This document shows, one piece after another, positions 9,250-23,900 of a stretch of DNA of 64,000 nucleotides. The DNA is from Auanema rhodensis (Eukaryota > Animalia > Nematoda), in NCBI GenBank assembly GCA_964057225.1, contig OZ059899.1, forward strand, positions 11,470,001 through 11,534,000, written 5' to 3'. Each line of letters begins with the position of its first letter. The first letter of the stretch is position 1. The notes beneath the pieces are model-generated. The model searched no databases and was not told the DNA's origin. It saw nothing but the letters and a program-made list of their open reading frames with translations. A program made the translations under genes and the position numbers.

Positions 9250-11742
9250 ATGAAAGGACAAGAGCAAGGTTTATTGATTAAAGAATTGGATATGGAGGAA
9301 ATTCAAAATATTTCTGAAAGGTTTACTCTAAAATATGTTTTTAATTATATAGGGATATGTAGATGTAAACTTCTTGAAGAATCTGTAGTGAATTTGAAAA
9401 ATAATTCTCTGAATAACAAAGGTTTGTAGTATAAATAATCTTATTTTTTTAAAAATATTCTTCAGAGAAACAGTTTTTTGATACGAAATGTGTTGCGAAT
9501 ATGTCTGCAATTTTACAGAGGTGGGATCTATTGATTTGATGGTTAGAAAATATCATAATTTTCAGTATTCCACTCCGGATTAACGAAATATGTAATGATT
9601 ATGATAACAACATTTTTTCTACAGGTAATATTGGTTTAGCCCAATAGATCAAATTAATTAAAATCTAAAGAAAAAAGTGAAGTTTTGGATTATACAAAAA
9701 AAACTGTTGAAACTGAGAGTTCTCGTGGCTTGGATTTTATGAAGGTTCAATACTTTTTATCCTGAGTAATTGTATTTATTGTTCACAGAACTCTGTTATA
9801 CTATATCATGAGCGTGAAGAAGTAAAGCAACGCATCTCTTTGTTGAATAGTGATATAAGAGATGAACAACAGATTATAAATAAGTTTGAAATGAACAACG
9901 GTATTTTAATTTTTCCTGGTTTTTAAAAAAATTTGTTTAGAAATCTTAGATGATGAATTCAAACGCAAACGATCAGCTTTGGAAGCCATACGCCGCGAGA
10001 GACAGGAAGTAGAAAGGTTAAAGTATAACTATAATCGTTGTATGTTTATTAAGGTTGTTGTCATTAACAAATCCTTAAGTGAGCAGCGAACAGTTGCACA
10101 TAAGAACCGTTTAAGAGCTGAAGAAAAATTATCAGAAATACAAGATAAGAATAATGAAATATCCAAGAAACGGAACGAACTTACAAATAATATTGTAAAT
10201 TAAAAATACTTATAAAAACAACTATCCATTTTAGAGCACTCTCATGGAGGAAACTGATAAATTAGAACAAATTTTACAATCAAAAAAAGACGATTTAGAT
10301 TTTTCTTTAAAGTCGAAATCCGATATTTCCAATATTTTAAAAACAAAAGTAGGTGTTTCAATATTCGTTTTTATTCGAAAAATATTCAGCTCGAAGATAT
10401 TAACAAAATGAAAAAAAATACAATTTTACTTCATCAGTTAACTAAGGATTTTGAACAATGCTCTGAAGAGGCAAACCGTGCGATTTACTTATTTTTTAAC
10501 ATTTATTATATACAGGTTAATAAATTGAAGCAACTCCAAGAATTGAAGTTGAACTATAAAGAGAGTACAAAAAAGTTAACTATCTGTCAAAATGAATGTA
10601 TTCAAATCAAAAATGATATAGAAAGTAGGTGTTCAAGAATTCATGCTACGGTAAAAACCTAAAGCCATCATATAGTACGTTTCATTTTATTTTAGACTTT
10701 GAATATCAAAGAGTTACGTCATAAAACTGATTCAAAATTGAACGAAGTGAAGCTGTCTATTGATCAATTAACCGTATTTATATGCAATACACCTACTTTC
10801 TTAAAACTTTATTCAGAGAGATATTGCGAATTTGAAAAAGAATTCTGAATTTCTTTCCCTAGAAAAGACAACCCTGATGACTGCTATTGAAAAGCTGGAG
10901 CTAGAAATTAGAAATATAGTATATACTTTTTTAATTTGATGTTCCCCTACTTTTTTTTAGGAAGCTTCTGAAGTGATAAAAGAAAAACATTCTTCCTGTG
11001 TAAATGTTATATCTGATAGTTACATTACGTTTTAAAATATTTTAGGTTCATAATAAACAAGGACCTGATAATTTTGGATATTCTCAAGGTTTTTTTATTG
11101 TTTATAATAGTTTTTATGCACATGTTTTAGATGCAAATGATACTGTTATGGCTTCTGATGATGATGATGAGGATGATGATATATTTTTGTTCAATGCTCA
11201 CAAACGGGAATCGTTTTCTCAAAATCACCTAGTTGGTTTTCATTTGATTGAAAGTTAACCATTCTTTTTTTTAGATACCAAATATTAATCCAGGTATGTT
11301 AATCGTAAATATTTACAGAGAATCCTGAATTTAGCCTTGGACGATTCTCTAATGAATACTGATGGTGAAGAAGAGGGAGATCCATTTGATTTCACCTCCA
11401 GTGTAAGTTTCATTAATATTTAAACGTGCTGCAAACTGAATTTAGTTTGCGAAACTAAACAAAAAATCAAAACCAGTGAAAACAACAGTTATGGGTAACG
11501 CAAGTGTTAGTTTAACTGCCTTTGCTCAAATTACTTTCTTTTGTTAGGCTTTTGATTTGGATGAATCTATGCTCAATTTTAACTCTGATAACTTTATTAC
11601 TTCAACTCCAATGATTAAAAAGTTGCTCATTTACGCTAGAAAAATATGATGTTTATTTTGAAGAGAGACTAAACCTACAACAAAGGGGAAAAAAGCTGTA
11701 GCATCAAGGAAAGCTCCCAAGAGGCAGAATAAACGCCGATGA
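9250..11742 (+). CDS. Multi-exon long coiled-coil protein with acidic linker, TSTP motif and basic tail; SYP-1-like synaptonemal complex candidate (5' end uncertain)
   Basis: Many short exons joined by introns of about 45 nt. Heptad-like K/E/L-rich central region. C-terminus ...DDDDEDDDIF...EEEGDPFDF...NFITSTPMIKK-RETKPTTKGKKAVASRKAPKRQNKRR*. Confidence 0.7.
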
Positions 11743-12086
11743 AACCTGTCTGTCAAATTCTGTGAATTGTTTTTTTTTTTCGGTTCAATTCGTTTCTGTT
11801 CTATGGTTTTAAATGAATCGGTTATAAGTTTTAAAAACGAATGACAACAACTTCATATATGAATTATTGGAATTAAAATAGATTCAACTTTATTTATTAA
11901 ACAGAATGATTAATTAATTATCATGATATCACTTATTCGAAATAATTAATACTAGGTTACATAACATTCTTGAATCAATTTAGATAAAACAGCATGAGCT
12001 ATGAAAACATTATTCGGACTTATTCAAAATCTTATTGAATCTGAGCCTTCTATTAAATAATATATATTTTTTAATATATCTTACAC

Positions 12087-12912
12087 TTACTTCGTCGGTA
12101 CAGGAATACTAGTTTTCTTTTTTGAGTCACTAGCATTTCTAGATCGAGGGGTTCCGTTGGACATATTGTTGTCACCTAATTAAGAAAGCAAGAATTCAAG
12201 GTTTCAGTAAATAAATGTTACCTTTTTCAATTAGAATCTCCGTAGAAGAAGAGCACGATAAATAAGTATCTGATTCTTTTGGCAGAACAACATCTAATGC
12301 ATCGTAAAATACCTCCTCCTCGTCCTTTTGTATTTGATGAGGTTGAATACTAATCGATTGCTTAGAAGTATTTATGGGAGAAATTGAGGAAATAATACTA
12401 GAGTGAAACTTCTCTAGCGGTGGATTAAATTCACGCGGAGTTGAAGATAACGGATATGCAGTTGGGGATACAGATGTACATAATACTGGTGAAAAATCTA
12501 ACGAATCGGGAAATATTTTGCCGTGAAAACTGATCTCATTAGAAAATCCATCATGACCGTTACTATCAAATGATAGTCCAATTCCCGAAGAAGTTTTAGA
12601 AATTTGGTCCGAAGTATGGTTTGTATGTTTTTTTCCAATATAATCATAGCATTCCGCTAAAAATGATATCCAATAACTGCAGCTTTTAAAATTGGAAACA
12701 CAAACATTGTCTTTTAACAGTAGCTAAATGATTAGATAGAGCGGCAGCTTTGTCCGATAGGTGAACTTCTCCCAAGAAATCTTTCATATTGAAAGGTTTC
12801 TCATCTCCAGCCTGATTGTTTAAGATTTTAACATATTTATAAACTAGAAATATCAACTAACTTTTTTAATGTAAGGGGTTAGCCAGCAATCTTCATTTTC
12901 GTCCAATTCCAT
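12087..12912 (-). CDS. Orphan protein of about 226 aa, Ser-rich, with FFAT-like motif; exons 12862-12912, 12706-12811, 12222-12656, 12087-12175
   Basis: Three GT-AG introns with consistent phases give MELDENEDCWLTPYIKK-AGDEKPFNMKDFLGEVHL...DEEEVFYDALD...KKTSIPVPTK*. Absent from the ORF track. Confidence 0.75.
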
Positions 12913-13594
12913 CTCGAAATAAATACACAAAAAAATCCAAGCAAAAAAAAGTTTATCGTAGGTGTGCATAAGTGTAAAAAACGTTCATGTAAGAACAAGA
13001 AACTACGCACCGGAAACACGCCAATCTTATATTATAATTATAACACCTTTTACTTGTTTACTTTAAATGGAACAAAACAGAAATAAAAAGAAAAAAACCT
13101 GAACCATAAAACTATATCACAGGCCTAGCCTAAACAAAAATAAATATATATATTGAAAACCGCTTGAACCTAATTGTTCATTTAAAAGCAAAAAACTGTT
13201 AACTTTTCTCATACTCATATCCATGATTTGAAATAAAATGTAGTATAGTAAAAAAGTTTTAGTTTAGAAACTTTATAGTCATCCATCAAAGCAACAAATA
13301 CTTTCTAATAAACACATCCCATTAATAAAATAAGGCACTATGTGGAATAACACAAATAAAAATCTACAGCAAATGTTTGCAAAAATATCTCATGCAAGAA
13401 TACCAAAAGGAAGGCACAATATTATAGAAATTGGTCACAATATCAAGGGTAAAACAGAACAGGTTATGAAAACCCAAGAATCAGCGAAAAGAATTTACCC
13501 AAATGATGCGTAATTGAGCCCAATCAAAACAAATGAGGTGAGATGAGTTCGATACAAGTAAACTTCGAAAAGGTCAGCTTAATTAAGCATACCA

Positions 13595-15453
<1,859 letters not shown>

Positions 15454-15980
15454 ATTCAATAAACTGTGAAAAAAGAGTTTTTAAGTCAATAACTTTAAAA
15501 TACCTTAATGTTTTGCCACACGAACACACACCTAACCCATTCAAAAACGTAAAACTTTAAAAACAGCCTGAAGAAGTTATTCTATATTAGTTATGTTTAT
15601 GAAACAAGCACAGAAATAATAAAATAGATATTAATATGCTAATTTAATTTAATTTGAACTAAATTTTAAATTAAAGTTGAAATTTTTCAGCTGATAGAAT
15701 GCGATTTCATACCACAGAAGATAAGCTCCGCCCCTTTTGGCAGAAATATGTTGGTTTGTCTTATGCCGAATGAGCATCAAACTGAGTACTGTATGTAATA
15801 AGTCTTTGAATACTATCTACATTTCAGGCAATGAGCTTATATTGGTTTTTGATCTTCGCAGTGCTAGGAAAATAATTAATATTCTCCTCGTAAAAATATT
15901 TTATTACAAAGAAAAGCATATTACCATATATTCTATACCTATTATAGCGATGCTAAAAAATTATTCAAAAAGAAGTTAAA
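15454..15980. promoter_or_regulatory. Short divergent (bidirectional) promoter region between rsks-1 and the STARD3-like gene
   Basis: Head-to-head ATGs about 530 bp apart. GC-box-like CTCCGCCCC at about 15726-15734. Confidence 0.5.
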
Positions 15981-17689
15981 ATGAGCGGTAGAGTTCCATT
16001 ACTTGGAGCCGGATCTGGATTCGGTAAAGATAGAAAACGCTTTATTGTCGTCTCAATATTCGACCCAACTATTTGTATTTTCCTCTGGTTGATTTGCACA
16101 GTTCGTCTGAAATTCTAAACGTTGAAGTTTAATATTTTTTTAGATTACAAAAGGAGATGATTGGTCTAAGATATTTCTGGATGAAATAAATATCCTTAAT
16201 CCACAATTTATTCACTATTCTCTTTTTGATGTTGTTGTTTGCTCGCTTATTCGCATGGTACAGTGTAAATATCCAAACAAAAACTAACTTTTTTGTTAGA
16301 TTATTTTGCTTCTATGCTATGGATTACTTGTTGGGAAACAGTGGTACACTGTTGCAATTACCACAGCCACATCTACAATTTTCATAATTTGTAAAGTAAG
16401 TTTTTTGGAATTATTTTCTTTTTTTTTTGTCTTTTTTCAGGCACTGTTTTTTTTCTCGAAAACCAACGGGGCTTTTCCGCAATATCTTTTAGTTTTAACC
16501 TTTTTTTCAATTGCCTGGTTTCAACTATGGTTGATGCCTTTTAAAGTTCTACCAGGCGAAAGATCATGTAAGTATTAAATTATTTACAAAAATTGAATTT
16601 TTTCTAACTAATATTTTCAGATGAGTTTTTTTTATCGTCTTTTGATAACCCAGATTCAATAGTTGCACGTGTTCCATCAAGAGCCAATATGGGATATGAA
16701 GCAGCTCAAATTCGAAGAGAAATGTTATCTGCCAGTACTACAAATCTTCGATTTTCAACAGATGATGAATTCAGGAGCGCATTAGATTACTCTTCAGGTT
16801 TATAATTAATACAAGTGCTTTTCCGTAATTATAAGGAGTTTAGAGGAAGAAGCAGCGAGCACTGTAGTAAACATTTCGATTCCTCCTAAGTTGATGGAAA
16901 GTTATGAAGAGGTTTGTATTCTTATTTTCTGATTTTAAATGTTGTTCCTAGACTTTGAGAAAAACTGAACTAACGGTTGAGAATCTTTTAAAAGATGCTT
17001 TGCTGGGGGGTTGGAGAAAATTAAGATCTGATGAACCCATGGTATTTCTTGTTTTACTTGTTGATATAAGCTTATGATGTTAGGTATTACAAGGATCGGA
17101 CCAAACTTACTTTGTAAAAGCCAAATTCTCTTGTCATCCTTCAATTTTATTTTCTGCTATGTGGACTGATGTGCTTAAATGGAATCCTCTGGTTGTTCAA
17201 GGAAAGGTATTCATTCTAACTTATGCTGTTCTAATTTTCGCAGTTGTAGACAGTTTTGAAAATTAATTCTTCTACTGATTTGTATTATTCTGTAACTGCG
17301 CCGGCCTTAAAAGGCTATGTAGCTTCTCGAGATTTCTGTGATATACGTCGTGTATTTGTCAATACTGAAGACAGTACATATTCAGGAATATTTGTTTCTG
17401 TTGAATCAACACTATGCCCAGCGAATGCTAATAGAAAGATCGTTAGGTAATTTTTATAAGTTTCTATATTCTTGCAAGTTCTTTTTGCAGAGGATCTAAC
17501 GGTCCATCACTTATACGGGTTACCGCTGGTGATGACACCAGTATTGCAATTCTTGAATGGATTATGAAAACTGATCTACGTGGGGGCTTACCTAAACGGC
17601 TAATTCAAAGCTCAATGGTTAACTACTTTGCTGAGCATATACATAGATTACGCACGTACATCGATTCAAACAAAATCTTGATACGTTGA
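15981..17689 (+). CDS. STARD3/MLN64-like lipid transfer protein (MENTAL-like TM region plus START domain)
   Basis: RKRFIVVSIFDPTICIFLWLIC, YSLFDVV, FSIAWFQLWLMPFKVLP (MENTAL-like). VASRDFCDIRR, VRGSNGPS, EWIMKTDLRGGLPKRLI (START). Confidence 0.88.
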
Positions 17690-17986
17690 AATAGCAATTT
17701 GTTTATAATTTCACTAATTTTTCTTTTCTGTCATTAAGATTTCCACCCAGTACGAGTTTTTACCACTTAATCCATATTTTAAAAAGTTTTCGGGTTTTCA
17801 TCGTGGTTGTATTCGTACCAGACTTACATGTGTTTACTTTGTGATACTTTGTCTTTCATTGTAATTATAAAAGACTGAAAATAAATAAAATTTATTGCGA
17901 TGGCAATGAGTGAATAGCACCGAAATCGCTTATTAATATTTGACCCATAAAAGATTCCTGAAGCATGATATTATGTGGCTCTTCAC

Positions 17987-20900
17987 TTAATAGTCGAAAG
18001 CTATCATTTTTGGCTCAACTGTTAAGTTTCTTCTAGGTGGATGGTAGCTGGGAGTCATGTCTAATTTGACATCATAATTGCTACGTCTCCAAACATTTAC
18101 CACTCTCCCTTCATAAGCATTTTGAGCCGTAGCGGCTGTTCCGCGGCTACCTCTGTAAAGTTTGAACCTTTTCAATATAAAATGGAAAATAGTGTACCTT
18201 TTATGTCTCCAACACATGACTATAACAATGATCACTAATGCGAACCATATGAGGCATAATGCTCCAGGCATGGCTAGGAATAACACTGAAAACATATGTG
18301 CTGATGGAAGAGATTGAAGTGAGGTAATGCCTACTAGTTAATGATTCAGTATCTCCTTGCTCTGTGGAGCTAGTTGTAGGTAGTGAAGAGAGGGTAGTAG
18401 CTGAAACTGAATTTTGAATGCCGATTAACCAAGATTTCCTTGAGATCAATCTGTAGTAACATACTTTTTAATGTTGGTTTAGCAGTTGCTGCAGTAGATG
18501 TTTCTGGTGTTATCCAGGAGTTCATCACAAACGGATAAATAGTAGCAGATTTGAAAGTACTCACGGTGGGATTTATGCTAGAAACATCTGAAAACAAAAA
18601 CAAGATGTCTAATTTGGAAACTGTTTGGTTCTCTAGTATAAATTTGAAAACAAATTCGTACTTGTGTGAGTTGAGATATCTCTTGTCGAGTCTAATAGTT
18701 CTAAACTATTCTTTGGAGAACAATCAAAGCCATTGCCTTAAAAGGATAAGCTATAAGATAAATAATTTTTTAGCAGAACTAACCGGAAAATCCAGGCGAA
18801 CAGATACAAGTTGTTTTGGAATCGCAATAAGCATGTTGATGGCAACGAACTTTATGACGAAGTAGACAATAGTCAATAACTGAAACAGTTAATTTTACTT
18901 AGATGTCAGAGACATTTGCTTACCTTCGCATTCATTTCGATTGTTAAGTTGAAAACCTTCAGTACAGCGACATTCATATGATCCAGGCATATTGACGCAT
19001 TCCGAATTCTTGCCACATGTTACCAAAGTAGAACATTCATCAACATCTAATATCAAGGTTAGAAATTTGTATATTACTTGCATATCACCTCTATCACAAT
19101 GTATACCACTCCATCCTAGAGCACATATTCCATTAGGACAAATTCCAGATACAGAATCACATGATGATCCTCCTGAGCAGTGACAGACGTTAGAACATGA
19201 TACACCCCAGTGACCAGGAGCACAAGCTGAAGTTAGAATTTATATATGTACTACATGAGATTATTTTTGTATACCAGAATTACAATATGGAGGATTCAGA
19301 TGACCTACAGGGCAGACTTCTAGAGCACGATCGACTCTGAACATCCATCTTCCTGGGACAGCAACATTCGATTGATTAGTAATAGAATATGTTGGAAGCG
19401 GGTGATAAGATTGTGGTGTAGCGATTCCTAAATTTTATCAATTGAAGAGTGCCGTGAAGAAAAAAATCAGATAATACCTATGATCGCGCTATTAGATTCT
19501 GCCTTTTCATAAATCAGCGTCAACATTGTAGCTGTATCAGATTCTGCCAAAACAACTTGGAATGAACAAGTCTGAAACAATATTTCAAAACTATTAATAC
19601 GAGGGATATAATTCTAATTTACTTTAGATATATCATTTTTTGATTCTCCATCCTGAGCAACTAAGAGCATACGGTCAAACGTGAAGATGTGAAGATTCTT
19701 AGTCCGGAAGTTCGTTATTCCAAACTGGGTAGTAACGGATAGAGATGAACGAGTGATAAGAGCTGCAGCAGCATTATCCGATACTAGAGTTAAAAGTTAT
19801 AACTATATGACTTTATGTGCATTCTAACCATTAACATAAGTATATGCAACTAATCCTTGATTTGTATAGTTAAATGATGTATGATATGGGAAAACAACAA
19901 TTTTTCCCAAGTTGTATGGCTCGTTGACTACACCGGCTAACGGAGAATCGAATGATAAAAGACCGTTCGAAGAAATCTGCAAAGTCAAATTGTATCATAT
20001 TTTCAATTATTCTACAATCTCAGAAAAAAGTCAAAAATGCTTACAAAAACGGTTTTGCAGTTTCTGCCAAAAAGCCGAATAGGCTGTGCTAAAACGACGC
20101 TAACGATGGATTCTGAAGGAGATCGTGGAATAACGATAGAATCGTTAGCTATGGGGTATAATATGGTTTCGTGGCAATCCAATCCATCACCAACAAACCC
20201 TTCTAAGCATCGACATTCGAATGATCCATCAAGGTTTAAGCATTCAGCAGCACTATGACAAGGCTGAACCTAAATGAAAAAGTATATTTTCATAAAAAAA
20301 AAAATTTGTTATACAGAGCATTCATCAATATCGCGACATCCACCATTCTCACTGATTCGTTCATAACCTTCTTCACATTCGCATTCATAACCTCCTTTCT
20401 GCAATCAAAAAAAAATACAAAATTATTGCTTGCATGAAGAATGAAGTTAATGTGTTCTAAAGATTAGAAAAGAAAGACAAACCGTATTTGTACATATGGC
20501 ATGATCTCCACAGGCATTTGAAGCTTCACATTCATTAATATCTAAAAAATTATTATAATATCATAAAATTGAAAAAAATGTAAGCAAATGAATAATATTA
20601 TAAGAAATATTACCAAGACATCCTATAGTAGAATTGCCATAATATCCATCTTGACATTGACATCGATAACTTCCTTGAAGATTAATGCAATGCATAACTT
20701 CATCAACTCCACACGGTGAATGATCACATTCATTTATATCTAAATCATTTGAAAAGTACTTGTACTCATATAGAAAAACTCAAACCTTGGCATTGACCAT
20801 TTTTGTAAATAAAGCCGTGGAAGCAGTTACATTGGTATGACCCAGGAACATTAACACATCGCGTATTTTTAATAGGACATGTAGTAGAAATGCGACATTC

Positions 20901-23900
20901 ATCAATGTCTTGACAGCTGTAACATTATATTTTTAGGTTTGCTTAAATTTCATTATTGCAAGCTTAATGTCAATTGAACCACTTAATTCAATGTAATATC
21001 AAAATATTTTACAAACCTTTCACCATCTCCTTTCCAACCACTTTTACAAACACATTTGTTATCAATGCAGTCAGCATTTGGATCACAATTACAAATCTAA
21101 AATTGAAATAAAAAAATATGCTCAACAAAGAAATAATAAAAAGCTTTTTGATACCCAACTGTCCTATCATTACCTTTTGCTTCAGGCGCGAAGATCGCGC
21201 GAAAGCTGGAAATCGTATGCTGGCTTGAGTTGTTGTAGTAATAATTGATGGCGACAACTGCATGACATCAACAGGAATCGGTTCATGTGGTACTCGAGGT
21301 AACGTAGCCCCTGTAAAATTAATAATTAGTGAGAAAAGTTGAATAGTATACACTGTATACTAGATAGATATACATGTCTAACTTAGGCATTTTCTAAGTG
21401 TACTAATGATGACGAAGGAAAACTCCTACCTTTACAAGCTTTGCTAATCTCATCATATTCATAACATAAGCATAAAAATGACCCTGGAGTATTCAAGCAA
21501 TCTGGTTGTTCAGCTGGACAGATATCCGGATTTATAGCACATTCATCAATATCTAGAAAATAAAATAGTATTTAACGCTGTAATATGTTATCAGCAAAAA
21601 TGCTTTGCAGTACATGTTTCTTATAGATAGCATTCTTACGATTGTTTTTTGGGTTTTTTTATTTTATAAAATTGCTGTTTATCAGCAATCAGAAAAGTTA
21701 ATTCAGATAATGTGAATAGTAATAAGGACCTTTATCACAAATTGGAGAGCCATGCCATCCCGGAGAACATTTATTATTCGGGCACCGACCGTTTTCTTGA
21801 TCACATGGATCGCCACCGTCACAATGACAGCTAAAAGGAACATATAAACACGAAATGAAAATAATTTGATATGTTTAAGGGCTCAAAATGTATCTAAGAT
21901 GAATCTTGTATGTATATATATATACTTATTTCAAGAAGATTCTTACCTGCGAGCACAATCGTTAGACCATTGTGACGGAGCACAACTTTCAATACATTCT
22001 AATCCTTTGAATCCAGCACCGCACAGATAAACCTTAATGATGAGTTTTTAATAAAACGAATTCTACTATCAATGGATTTTTCAAACAAAATTTTTTACCT
22101 GCTCCGAATCGACTTGGAACAACCATTCTCCTGGAATTCCGATGTCACTTTTCTCTGCCAACAATCCAACATCATTGGTCCCTGAATCTGGCAATGAGTA
22201 AGAAGTGTTGTATGCTGAGAATCCCGCCTGAAAGTTGCTATGTACTTTACATTTTAGTAAACGAGCTATAAATTTTTATTGTCTATTTAATTTTTTTTGA
22301 TAATTTGATTGATAACATTTCACTTTCAACGAACCACAGCGTTGCTATGAGATGGTAATCTGCTATAGATAATGTGGGCAAATGTCATCTTTTCTCCAAT
22401 AATTAAAGCCAATTGGAAGATGTTTCCGTCAGCATTCTAAAATCACTTCGTTATAATTACTATCATTTATACTTTTCTCATTTTAATTCTAATTAATTTG
22501 ACCATACAAAAAAAAAATTAATTGGTTAAGTACCGAACTATCAACATGTGTTCCACTTTCCCAGGTAATGATAACAACACTTTTTACACGAAATGACGAT
22601 CCGTAACGATATTGAATGTTGACCTCATTATATGCCAAGTTTATTGTTGTTGGATCTGAAGTAAAAGTTTGAGAAACAGTTTTTGTTTGGTAATTCCGGC
22701 TCTGAAGTGGCGATTTTAGATGGATATAGCTCTGATCTATTAAAAGAGAGTTCAAAATTGAAATATTGAACTATTGAATAAGAATAATTGAATCTTCAAA
22801 GTTTCTTATATTCTTGGAATCTTATTGCTTTGTGTTTCTTACCATCAGTTTCACGGTAAAACACACGAGCTCCTTTAGTTTTTTGCCAAAAGACTGCCAT
22901 CAGGGGGTGAGGACTTGGTAAGGGAGCAGGCTCGGCATGACTCGGAGTCAAGCCAACACTTCCGTCAGTGTGAATCTGAAAAAAGAATACATGGATTGGA
23001 AAAATTGATTTACTATTCTTTGGAAATCATTGTAGATTTCTGTTTTCTTGTAGACAAATACTCTCACTTGAACTTTGTTCTCTATATTATTCGGATGTAA
23101 TTTTCATTTCTCTTATGGTCGTAATTTAATTTCCCATTTTTCTTATCATTCTCATAAAATATTTGAAAAATGTTTCAAAATTTATATTATATATAAATAT
23201 AAATATAAATATAAATATAAATATAAATATATATATAAGTTTATAATAACAATGTATTTAGAAAAAACGAAATCGTCTTTAATGAGAAAAAAAATGAAAA
23301 TTTGACCTGATTTCCTTCTCAGCAAAATTAAAACTTTCCAGTTTGTTACTATATAGTACTATATCCGCATATTGATTAAAGTAAAAGAAGAAAAATGGTT
23401 TAAACATGAACATAAAGAAAAGAATAAACAGATGACATAGTGAAGATGGTGAAGCGTGCCCATATATGAACTATTTCACGTAAAATGTAAATAATCTTCA
23501 TATATCTTTCTAAATCTCATTTCGTGTTTCACTTCCTTACTCAAGATTCTTTTATAATTCAGCAACCAATATTTCATCTCATTATAATTACGAAATGTTG
23601 GAAAGAATAAAGCAAAAAACCAATTTCGTTTGAAAAATCTAAATTTCTTTTTTCAAATCACATTAATTGAATGAATAAGAATAAGTTTGTGTTAATTGTT
23701 ATTTATTGAATTTTCAATAAAAACTTATCATGGTTTACCTTTATGTAAGCAAAATTATTTGAACCAACTATTTGCAGCTTATGTGTATGCAAATTTTTTG
23801 TTTACACGCCAAGTCGAAAAAGGTCAAAACAAGTCATGAAAGCTGTTTACACATGTGTTAGATGAAACAAAACCTTTCGCGATTATTTACATTGATAGAG

